The notes under the pieces are model-generated. The model made no database searches and was not told the origin of the DNA. It was given only the letters and a program-made list of their open reading frames with translations. The position numbers and the translations under genes are program-made. Source: Lama glama (taxonomy: Eukaryota). From it: a stretch of DNA of 64,000 nucleotides. Of the stretch, positions 12,312 through 24,200 are shown piece by piece. Location of the stretch: assembly GCA_028534125.1 (NCBI GenBank), contig CM052817.1:57290001-57354000 (forward strand). The letters run 5' to 3'. How positions within the stretch are numbered: position 1 is the first letter of the stretch; each line of letters starts with the position of its first letter.

Positions 12312-12891
12312 GTACTTTATAAAGTGGTTGGCTGAAGTGCTAGAAGGAAAGGTGATGTTGTCCCTCACCTCCTTCTTGGGGAGGCAGAGTTAGCACCTCA
12401 GTGACAAGAGAGTCCTGTCCTTGACTTTCTATACAGCTTCCCTTCACACGACTCGTTCTTTCCCTTCAATGAATTAAGAAGTCTTTAGAAAAGCTATTTC
12501 AAGTAGTGGTTAAGAGTCAGAGATACTAGTGTGCACATGTCAGCTCCCTCACTACCTGAATGGCTCTCAGACTCAGTTTCCTCCTCTGGAAAATGAGAAT
12601 AATTATTACTTTGTAGAGTCGCTGTAAGAAATGAGACAGAGGCACCTCAAGAGGCTGACCCAGCACTTGGCACGTGTTAAGCCTTAATAACTATTACCCA
12701 TTACTATTACTGTGGTTACTGCCATTACTCTTTTCCTTCAAACTATTAAATCCATTACTGTCATGAATAAATACCCAAGTAATTCTTGCCTCCCCCAAAA
12801 TTATTAAATTGTGCTACCCAAATACTCAGAAAATAAAATTTTAGGTCTGTAATGTCAGGGAATCATTCAGATCTCCACTCCTCCAAAATGC

Positions 12892-13323
12892 TGTATTAGT
12901 CTCCTGTTGCTACTGTAACAAATGACCACAAACATAATGGCTTAGAACAACATAAACTTATTATCTTACAGTTCTGGAAGTCAGAAGACTAAAATGGGTT
13001 GTCAGGAGGGTGTAGAGGGAAATATATTTCTGGCCCTTTCCAGCTTCTAGAGGCTACCTGCATTCCTTGGCTCATGGCCTTACATCACTCTAATCTCTGC
13101 TTCCATCATCACTTCTTTGATTCTCTTACCTTCCTCTTTCCCTTTTTGGTTTTTGTAAGGGAAAGAGGGGCCCACCCAGATAATTCAGGATAATCTCCCC
13201 AACTCAAGATCCTTAACTTAATCACCTCAGCAAAGTCCCCTTTGCCATATAAATTAACATATTCACAGGTTCCAGGGATTAAGATGTGAACACCGTTGAG
13301 GGGCCATTATTCTGCCTACCACA
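12892..13323 (-). mobile_element. MLT1C/D-like MaLR solo LTR
   Basis: tgtattagtctcctgttgctactgtaacaaatgaccacaaac...gggccattattctgcctaccaca. Confidence 0.85.
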
Positions 13324-14684
13324 GATGCCATGAAGGACTAGCCATAGAAAACACTGAGTTGTCTCCACAGAGTTCCCCATTGCTTAAACAGTGTTTACAT
13401 GTTCATTTCTGATCCACTGTCCTCCTCTGATCCTCAGTATGGTACCAAACTTCTCTGAGGATCAGTTTCCACATATACCAAATAGGAATGGCCACACTGT
13501 ATGTCATCAGATTATTTGGGGAATAACGAATATTCTTGGGTTGTAAAATGCTCAGCAAATTATAGAATAAAATGCTGCTTTAAAAAATGAACAAATAATA
13601 ATTTAACTGTCTCACAAGTCAATTAATAGACTCAAACTGCTCTGAGATCTTTGGATAAAAGGCAGTCTTCTGATGCCAAGTATACGTTGGTATTTCGCAT
13701 TTGCCCTCTCGTTCAGCCATATATCAAAAGCACACTTTAGTTCATTTCTTCTCTTTTAGATAAAGTATCTAATTTTCTGCTCCTGTGGTTTCCCTGAATG
13801 TCTCCCTCTCCCCAAGCCTTCGAGTGGGAGAAGTGTAGCTCATTTTCTTCACGGGGTGTTCTGTAGGTGAATGGATATGGCCTCTTTGACAAGTCTTTTT
13901 CTCTCCCTTTGTTCTTTTGCTGCGTCTGACTTGGTATTTTTGCTGTGTAGTTGTGAGTTTGCCACCTCTATTTTGAGCTTCATCAAGGGCTGCTCCAGCC
14001 TGCTACATAGGTTTCTTTCTAGTTTCACAGTCTCCAGGGGAAATGGAGTCGATATGGCTGTTCACCTGCTGAGTTAAGAGTTTGCCCTCATACACGTGCC
14101 ATATTGTTTTATTCCAGTTACAGGGAGCATGCAGCGATTGTACTTCCATGGACTCCCACATGAAAATGGAGAAGAAACCACTGTGTGTCCTTCAGAATCC
14201 CTTATGCATTGCCTTTGCTGCCTGCAGGTGGGCAGGGATATATACCTACTATATCCAGAGAAAAATATACAGATGACTCCACCTTTTGAAGCTGACCTTT
14301 CCCAGACACCAAGACCTGTGGAGAAATAAACTTCTACTCGCTTTTTAAAAAACAAACCAAAAGTTGCATCACATTTTTTTAACATCAAAAAAGACATGGC
14401 TGCATTTAGAATAATGTGATTCCCCTTAATCTCCTTTCCAGGAAAAAATGGTTACGTAGATGTATCAATCACCATTTAGATAGTTCAGACAGAATTTAGC
14501 ATAGGAAAAAAGTGACAAAGGTGATGAAAATGCTGCGAAGGGGAAGGTGGCATTACCCAGAGATAGGCAGCTGCAGAAAGTTGCCATTGCTCCCATAGCT
14601 GGAGGAGTAAATGGGGTGAATATGATGTTACCCAGAGTCTACCAGCACACACTGACTACCGAGGTTGGAACTGATGGCTCTACT

Positions 14685-15200
14685 GTTATATTAGTTATCC
14701 ACTGCTATTGTGTAACAAATTACCTCAAAATATTACGCTTTGAAACAACAGACATTTACTACCTCACAGTTTCTGTGGGTTAGGAATCTGGGCATGGCTT
14801 AGCTGAGTCCTTTCTCAGCTCCAGGGTCTCTTCCAGGCTGCTGTCAAGGTGTTGGTTAGGCTATACTCATCTGAAGGCTTAAATGGGAAAGGATACACAT
14901 TCAGGTTCATGTAGATGTTGGCAGGATTCAGTTGCTTGTAAGCTGGTAGACCTCAGTTCCTTGCCACATGGGTTTCATGAACAGGGTCACTTGCTTCATC
15001 AAAGCATGCAAGCTGAGAAGGCAATAGAGGGAGACTTCTAACAAGACAGTAGTCAAAGTCTTTTGTAACCAATCAGAGAAGTGGCATCCTTCAACATGGC
15101 CATATTTTATTGGTCAGCAGCAAGTTACTTAAGGGGAGAGGATTACACAAGGCCATGAATACCAAGAGGCAATGATCACTGGAGGCCATTTTTGAGGTTA
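14685..15200 (-). mobile_element. MLT1F-like MaLR LTR
   Basis: tgtgtaacaaattacctcaaaa...cacagtttctgtgggttaggaatctgggcatggcttagctg...atgaataccaagagg. Confidence 0.75.
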
Positions 15201-16737
15201 TTGATCCTAGCTGCTTAGCAGGAACCCAGGAGACCAAGCTCCTACTGACGATACTGGAACCACCCCTAATGCTACTGGAGCCCCAGTCACTCACGGCACC
15301 ATACACTGCTATCATTATCACAGCCAAATGAATGGACTTCTCTTCCTACTACTTTCTAATCTCCCCTAAATGTTCCCATTGACAAACCCTACCTCAAATC
15401 CGCTACCAAGGGAGTCTAGAAAAGTTTCCAGCAGGTTGTAATTCAGAGGAGAAGAAATAAGGATAAGAATAGGACTAACAACAGAAAATAGCTGGCATAC
15501 TAGAAAAAGATTGTTTCCAGTCATTTCCATACCTTCCCACCCCACCTACTCTTTTAAAAGTCTTTCTAGTCCCCCTATTTTAATCAACTGATGCCCCAAT
15601 GTTGTCTGCTCTACATGTAAGACCACCCTCCACTGGAACGTCCCCCTTGGGCTTGCTTTCTCATATTATACTCCAAGTTTCCATCCTTTCCTGCCTCTTT
15701 GCCTTTCCCCTACCTTCATAGCTTAGCTATCCTATGTTCCCTGTCCAACCCCCTCAGAAATCTTATTTTTGCCGAGTAAACTGGATGATAATGGAAAGTT
15801 TTTTAGATGACTCAGTTCAGCAAAGTCTATTAGAAAGATGCTGTTTCAGGCATTACGTTAGGGGCTAAGAATGCAAAGACAAAAAGAAATAGTTCCTGCC
15901 CTTGAAGAGTATGCAGTTATGCCAGGGACACATGCTATAAAACAAAGTGATAAGTGCTACAATACAGTACATTCTGACAGATTGACTGACAAACCATAAA
16001 GATCTGTACTCGATTGGCTGTAGGTTATCTGCATTCTTGTTTCTTGCTGGAAAAAAAATACAACCTTGAACTTTCAGTCATATAACCCTTATCAAATATA
16101 CTTACAATAAATAATTTATGGAGGTTTACCTAAAAGACAAACAGCCCATCTAGTACTTTAGATATCCTAAAATTTACTATTCATGTACATGGAAGCATAA
16201 TTCAGTTTAAAAAAAAATTGCAAAGAACCAAAACAACATGAGCCACAGCTTTGTTTTCACACCTCAGTGGTAACACTTTTACTTGGCTGTACTCTGGTGT
16301 TTCATCATCTGCCTAGATGGAGCAACATTTTAAAACTGCTGAATGGAATTAAGTATGTACTCAATATAGGAATATTGAAAGTGTCCTCCCCTACATCACA
16401 CTGTGCTCATTTTCAAAGGACCCCATGGAGAAGTTCTCAGATCTCAGATTCAGGAAGAACTTTCTCAGAACAGCTCATTTGTTTTTATCTTACAGATAGA
16501 GTAAAATCTTATAATTCATCATGTTTCCATTTTTGCTTTAGCTGTCAGTAGCTTAAATCCAAATGTGTAGTCCTCTTTGAGCAACTCTACCAGAGTGGGT
16601 GGTAGGCATTTATTTTGCTGCCCTTGTTTCCCCTTGACCCCAAATCCTCCCTCCTTCATCTTTTTGTATATTGGTAAGGTATCTCAAATTCTCTGCAGAC
16701 TGAGGAGGTTTATGTTAAGTACAAGTAAATTGTACAG

Positions 16738-16778
16738 GTATGTGTATGTGTGTATATATATATGTGTGTGTGTGTGTA

Positions 16779-16809
<31 letters not shown>

Positions 16810-16828
16810 ATGTATATATATATATATA
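16738..16828. repeat. compound (TG)n/(TA)n microsatellite
   Basis: About 90 bp of uninterrupted purine-pyrimidine alternation. Confidence 0.95.
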
Positions 16829-18719
16829 GCTATTTCTACTTGGGAAGAAGGATAAAGAAAATCATAGAAAGTGATATTTGATCTTAACCCTGGAAAATTA
16901 TGACAATTATCTAGTCTGAGAAGTTCTTCCCAGGCCAAGAGAATGATATGAACAAAGACTTAGACACCTAAAGATGCACATGGGTTTATAAGACCAGATA
17001 TAGAGAAAGGCAGAATATAACACTTCTATATTTATTTTCCTAGGAATGCATTATCCCTCCCAGTTAGAAGAGTACATAGCCTATTAAAATGCATCCTTAA
17101 ACTCATAAATCCTTAAGGAGTAACTGATAGCAGTTTCTATCAGAAGAAAAAAAAAGGTTTCTTTTGATCAAGTAAGTAGTTTTTTTTTTAATTCAAATTA
17201 CAAGGGCTTCCCACGCTATCTACAGGTTGACCAATCTAGATGCTAAGTCACCAAGAGTGACAATAGCTGTCACAGACCTCTCCCAGAATGTGCATAGCCA
17301 TGGTGAAACCAGACAGCCCACCCACCAAAGCCCAGTACATAGTCTTCTGCTCCTGCAAAGACATCCCCTAGCCTGTAGTAAGGGCAGAAAGATCTCCACA
17401 GGGTAAGGACAGAAGATCCTAAACACAGGGAATACTGATGTATTGTTTGGTACCTACAGAACTTCAAGCAAGTTACTTCCCCCCTTGCTAGCCCTCATTT
17501 TCTTCTTACAATTTAGATCTCTGAGAGCCAATGTTTTTAGCCAGTCTCATTATTCTATAATCACACTGCCTATCTTGACAATTTGTGATATTCATTGATT
17601 TTCCCAGTCTATAAACCATCTATATATATATCACCATAGACTCCCAGTAGCTAGAGATGACTTTAAAAATGAGTCATTCATCATGCTTCAGGCAGGAAAT
17701 TAAGGCTTGTAATGTTGAAGTATGAATAATTTTAGTACCTTTCATTACTTTGATTTCTTTTTTTCTGGTAAATATTACAATTATTTAGGCAGCTAAAAAC
17801 GTTATGTTAAAATGTCAGTGAATACAGTAACAAATCTTGCTCTTAAATGAGTCCCCATCAAGGCATCATGCAAACAGCAATTTGCTGGGATCACGCATGG
17901 AAAAACATGGGGCTATTTGAGGATTTGGGGTGATTTCCAGTCTGAAAAGTGGCCTATTTGAGAAGAAAGAACCGTCTCCGGGAAGGAATTAATAGAGCAA
18001 TGGCATTTGTTGTTGGTTAAGTAAATTTCAAGATTTTTAAGTTTTGCTTTTTATAAATACCAAAGAAGGAAAATTGGGTTAACTCTGATTGTGGTTTACC
18101 ATTAGCTTTAATGGAGAGCTTTAGGCTAGCCTAGGACCCAAAATGAGGAAAAGTGTCATGTGGGGAACACACAGGGTATTCAAAAGAAACTATGTCTGTT
18201 ACTCCCAAGAGAGTCTGGTGCTGGCCTAAACAAGCATCCATCTGAGTGCAAGCAAAGCACTAGCCTGGAAAGGCTTTGGCAGCAAAAGGGATCCACAGGA
18301 AGAAGCAGTGAGGCAAAATGGCAGTCCTTGAATATGACTGAAGGGAAACCCTGCCATGAGAAGTCTAGCTCTGACATGTTCACATGTACATCGCTCTTGT
18401 TAATCCCACCTCAGACCTAGCCCTGGCCTCCCACCCACCACGCATTCATCCTGCCACCTCCAATCTTCACCTGTGCTCATGACATTGAACTAAGTACTCG
18501 GTAAACTTCTCCAGAAGGTCTTAAGACTTTGTCTTTCTTTATTGATTTGCATGTGCAGGTTAGGTCTTTCTGGGTTCTCCCCTGTGCCTGAGATTTACGC
18601 AGTTTTCACTAGGCAACTAGCTGTGTGTAGCTATTACCTAGACTTTCCCTAGGTGACTTAGGCTGAGAATGTAAACACTTAGAACATTTATTTTTTTAAA
18701 CCTACGTCATGTGACAAAA

Positions 18720-19545
18720 GGCTAAAATGCTTAACAGTCAATTAAAAATTCTAACAATTTTTGGAAAAGCAAATATATGAAGAGATATTTAACTGAAAAA
18801 GAAACGCAAGTATCTTTAAAACATGAAAGTGTTCAAACTCTCTCATAATGAGAGAAAAATAAGTTAGAACAGTAAAACACTATTTTTTCCATACCAGATT
18901 GGAAAATATTAGAAATTTTATAATATATAGTAAGGCAGAGAGGAAACCAGCAGTTTTGTGACCTATTGATGGAAATATAAATTGTTGTAATCCCATTGTA
19001 GGACAGTTAGTTAATTACTGAAATCTCAAATCTATATATACTTTGACCCTGCATTTTCACATTTAAGAATTTATCCTTCAAAAAATGCTATATTACATGT
19101 AAGTAAAAATATGTTGTGAATACAGACTTGTGGTTGCCAAGGGGGCGGAGGGTGGGAAGGGATAGATGGGATTTCAAAATTGTAGGATATATAAACAAGA
19201 TTATACTGTAAAGCACAGGGAAATATACACAAGATCTTATGGTAGCTCACAGAGAAAAAAATGTGACAATATATATATATATGTTCATGTATAACTGAAA
19301 AATTGTGCTCTACACTGGAATTTGACACAACATTGTAAAATGACTATAAATCAATAAAAAATGTTAAAAAAAAAAGGTTGCTAGGATACTTATTGCAATA
19401 TTATCATAATAAAAACAGAATACACCATAAGTGACAACCAATATTTGGAGACCTCCAAATGTCCATGCTTCTATGCAGTTATTAAAAGGGATGAGGTAGA
19501 TCTCTACCAAAAGATGTCCAAAATAGGCTGTTAAATGAAAAAGAG
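18720..19545 (+). mobile_element. old L1M fragment interrupted by a young L1 end
   Basis: Degenerate ORF2 3' motifs (tgatggaaatataaattg, ctttgaccctgca, aaatgtcca, atgcagttattaaaa). Confidence 0.55.
19117..19375 (+). mobile_element. young lineage-specific L1 3' end
   Basis: gaatacagacttgtggttgcc...tttgacacaacattgtaaaatgactataaatcaataaaaaatgtt plus polyA; highly similar to 41283-41535. Confidence 0.9.
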
Positions 19546-20401
19546 GCTTGACTGTGTCATGGGCAACACCTTGTTATTTGCCCCCAGTACAACGTTACTC
19601 AGACCCCATCTGGGGCCCAGAACTCATACAATCAAAGAATCCCACCTTCTGGCAGCATGCCAAGTCAGTACAGGTAATATCTGGATATTTGATAAGGATT
19701 AAAGAGAGAGTAAATCTCCTCAGGCAAGTATCAGTCCCTTAGTGTTCTAAAATTTCCATCTCATTGTACTGAAAACATACCAAAGTCTGATTTTGCCCAG
19801 AGAGAAGAGACTGCCTAAATTTGGCAGGCCCTAGAACAATGTCTTATTTCCATAATAGAAAAATAAAGTTAAATGAAATAAAGTATAAAAGCCTTTCGTA
19901 TTACTTTGTTAGTATAAATAAACAATAAAACACTAATTACCAATAGTTTTCTGATACATTTAAATAAAAATAGTCTAAAACAACCAACTCTCTTCTATAA
20001 AACTTCAACTCTCTTCTCTCATTGCTTAATAGAATTTTTTTTTCCTCTGCTTTAAGAAAAAGTTTAACTTTCTTTCACTAAAATTCGGGTATCAAATAAC
20101 TTGTCCACAGTTCCCTAGATGCTAGCTTAGGGCAGCAGCTCTTGGAGTTCATTGATTTGCTGCTAGCAAATTGGAAGATTTAAGGTGTGACTTCCATATG
20201 TTGCTAGCTGGTGATCAGGCCTCACTGGGGTCTCCACAAATGGGAAAAGAATTGCTTCCTGCTAATCTCAGGCAGCTGCACTGCATTCACATCCATTTCC
20301 TCACTGATCTTAAACAGAAAGAATACAGGGAAAGATTATGTTTCATTCTCCCACTGCGTCTACATAAAACCCAACTGCCGTCACTTTCTGATCACCAAGA
20401 T

Positions 20402-20415
20402 GTTACCTTGGCAAC
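20402..20415. promoter_or_regulatory. RFX X-box-like motif
   Basis: GTTACCTTGGCAAC versus consensus GTTNCCATGGNAAC. Confidence 0.45.
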
Positions 20416-21107
20416 TGCTTTGTACAATTCTTATTCCTCCCTCCTTTGAAGCTCATCAGTTGTGCAAAAGTTATTTTGCTTGTTAATGACTAAGACAAGA
20501 TATTAGCTAGCCTGACTGGTTCCGTGGTTCTTCCAGATAAAGGCTATAAAACCAGCAGCCCAGGGGTCAAATTCAACACTTGGGTATGTTTGACCACAAA
20601 AAGTTTTGGGCTTTGTTTTTAACTTTTTTTAATGTAAGTCAACATGTACAAACCAGAAGAGCTGACATGAAAATCCAAATTTCCAGTTCTCTTTTAAAAT
20701 ATTTAGATTTGAAAACACTGGGCCCACATTCTCAACAATCAGCTGTAGCTTAGTACACTTTGCTGCCTTCCACTCAGCCCACTTCCCTTGATTAGACAAC
20801 CTGGTAGGCATTTGGGTTGTGACCCCTGTTCTAGGATATATGCCCTTTAAACAATGAAAATACTTAGAACTTAACAAAAGTTGTTTCTAAACAAACATGT
20901 TTCTCTTCAAACTTCAATGGAACTTCAAACTCACCAAATGTCTTCCCAACTGCACCAATTCTTCTGACATTTGTTCTTAACTTTCAGCCACCCATTCCTA
21001 ATTAAAGCAACTAACTTACAATACTTTGAGTGCTTAACCAAGAAAAACTGAGGAAACAACTCCTGTCTACTAATCAGTTACGGTGGCAGTAAAGTTGGTA
21101 AAGAAGA

Positions 21108-21276
21108 CAGTGGTCCTCAAACTTGAGCATGCATTAGAATCACCTGGAGAGCTTGTTAAAACGTATTTCTGGATCTGAGTTTCTGATTCAGTAGGTCTTG
21201 GATGAAGTGTGAGAATTTACATTTCTAACATGTCCCAGTGATGCTGATGCTCCTGGACATACTTTGAGTATCACTG
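21108..21276 (+). mobile_element. MER5A-like hAT MITE
   Basis: TIRs cagtggtcctcaaa / tttgagtatcactg; internal agaatcacctggagagcttgttaaaa. Confidence 0.8.
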
Positions 21277-24200
21277 AATCTCACTGTAAATGTATAGTGG
21301 CCAGATACAATAGAAGTTTCTCTCACGAAACAATCCAAAGCAAGTTTTTCACATTCAGTGATGCAGGGATCCAAGCTCCTTTGAGCTTACATTTCTACTA
21401 ACCACTTGGACCATATACATATAGAGGAGGGAAAGTTATCCAGAAATTGGACCACTTTTTAAAAGCTTTGGCACAGAAGTGCCACATATCACTTCCACTT
21501 ACATCTCATTGGTGAAAACTAATCACATGACCATATCTGGATGCAAAGGGTGATGGGAAATATAGTCCCTGGCAGGACAGCCACTTCCCAATAACAATTC
21601 TACAAAATGGAAGGGAGACCACACTTTTTGTGGACATCTTCACTGCAGCAGTTGTGAATATGGCTTGCTCTTCCTCTGCTAACTTCCTTCCCCATTACCA
21701 GAAGACTCCTCTCCCTTCTCGTCGCCCATTCAAACCTCAACACCCTTCTAGTTCTATTTCACTTCCACCAGAATTCCTACTTTAAAAATTACAGTCTTTT
21801 ATCTTGGGAAAGGCTAAAGTAACTTTCCCCAAAGAATTTGTTGTTTCCTTGAGGATATTTATTATGATTATTGTAACTTCAAAGAACAAGTTTCATTCCA
21901 GTTAATCAGGAAAATATCATCTGTTTACATTTTGAAAGTTTCTAATTAAAGACTTACTGGAGTCAAGTATCACATCAAATTATCTTTCCAAAAAATAACA
22001 GAGACAAAGGAAATAAGTAATAAAAAGTGCCTAAAATAATTAATACTGCAACATTATAAGCTAGCTACTCTCCTTGTGGTGAATTAATACTGTCTGAAGT
22101 CATCTCTAACTCTTGGCATCTAAAGTGAGTTATAGAGGTGATCTGTGAGCTTCTAAAATCAATTAAAACTAACAATGTGAAAATAAAATGAAGTGTCTCA
22201 TTTGCCATTGCAAGTAGAATAAAACTAAACCCAAACTAGCTTAAGCAAAATGATACTTTATTGTTTCACTTAGGATGAAAACTCCAGAGGCATACTTAGC
22301 TTCAGTCATGGTTGAATCCTGAGTACAACCAATGTCATCAGGACTGTTTCTCTCCATTCCTCAGCTTCATGTTGGAACAGAATGGCAGCAATGGTTGTAA
22401 CCCTTATACCCTTTTTGGGTCCAGCAGATAAGATCAGGAGTTCCTCAGTGAGGGAAACATCGCTGCAGGTCATTGGTCTGATTGGGTTATATGTTCACCC
22501 TTAAACTAATCATTGTAACCAGGGGGAACTAATTGTGGGTCTCATATTATAGAATCAGTTTCACTTAATCCAAACTACGAGTTGGAGAAAGTGGTTCTAC
22601 AGAGGGGAATTGAGATATAGTTACTGTTGGGGCTTGAGGAGGCTCAATGCCCCAAGCCTGGAACCAGATGAAGGACCCAGGAGCCAGGTAGAGAGATACA
22701 AAAATGTCACCTTTATGACATGTCTTTAGGTCTGTTAACCAAGTGGGTTTGCTAACTCCTGAATTAGACGGGCCTGCCCCATCACAGACATGGATTCTCC
22801 CATGGGGGCCAGCCCCTGTCAGAGTTATAGCATGGAGAACCAGAGAATGCTCTCTGCAAACTGATAGGTGATGAAGAATAATAGAAGAAAGAGGGCTGAG
22901 TTGTACCTGGCCACTAAGCAAAACTCACCCATTAAGTGAGTCACTCTTCCTCCCTTGGGACAAGGGGAGAAGTGGGTATGCAGCGTATAGAAACTTGGAT
23001 TGTACTCTGAAGAATTCCCTACACACAATGGTGGACTGGGGAGTAAATGTCTTCTCCCAATATCTAACAAGACAGTAAATGAATGGTTATAGCAACAAGA
23101 TATGTCCACCACCAAAAGAAAGACTTACTTTTAAATATATAGAGCAAAATATCTGCATCAAATGGTCAGATTCCTTAACCTTTCTAGTTATCAAAAGGTA
23201 TTAATCCCACCTTCTACAGAGACATCATAATAGCCTTTAGGTACTATACTTCACAATTGTTTCTCACCTGATTTAGTGTTTTTCTATAGATGAGAAACAA
23301 TCAAGTTTAAAAGTGGGCTTTATACTGATGCCCTGGGATAAAGCAGGCATAAGTAACCAGAAAAATATGGTTGAAAACTTAGGGAAGTGATTCAAACAAA
23401 ATCAAGATGAGATTCATATTGATCTAGACCTGATTCTAGAATATAAATTCCATGAAAACAGGCTTTTTTGTCTACCCTGCTCACTAATGTATCTTTTCCC
23501 ACTGTCTAGAATGGGGCCTCTGGCATATAGTTGATGCTCAATAAACATTTGTAGATTGGATGAATTGGCAGGAGGCATGGATTAGGGGAATAATTGTGTT
23601 CAGAATCAGAGGAAAATAGAATCTTGTTTGGGGTTATAGTGGCCACAAAAGAGCAATGTCAATTTGGATCTAAGATTGTATCTAACTAAAAGGATCCTAC
23701 TTTGTGTTAGCTAAGTATTCAGCTGACCTAGAAGACTTCAAGAATTAGGAAACCAAAATATATCTGCAATACAATGGTCTTAGAAGTAGTCTTAAATATT
23801 AATTCCAACAATGGCTGCACATTTGTGTCACCTGGGGAACTCTAAAAATTCTGACACTCAGATTCCCCACCTCAAAGATTCTAACCCAGGCATCCATAGC
23901 TTGCAGTATTTCTCAGATGACTCTTACTTGCAGCCTGGGCTGAGAACCACTGTTCTGTCACAGCATCCTCACCTTACAGAAGGGGCTTAGCTTACAAAGG
24001 TAAAGGATTCAGAATGCAACTTGATTATCAAAGTCAATGTTTAGATACAATTTTAAATCATAAATTATGAAGAGGAAATAGCCAGCCCTTAATGTCAATC
24101 CTAGTCATTCCTGAAATGAATAGGTCTGAATCTCTCAAAATATTACCAGAATCAACTATTCTTATAAGTAGGAAAGGATCATCGTTCCAGCCCAATTCTC

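Noticed and set aside
14118..14227. Plus-strand AG...GT exon candidate
   Set aside because: Weak donor (gtgggc) and no recognisable peptide; indistinguishable from a pseudo-exon
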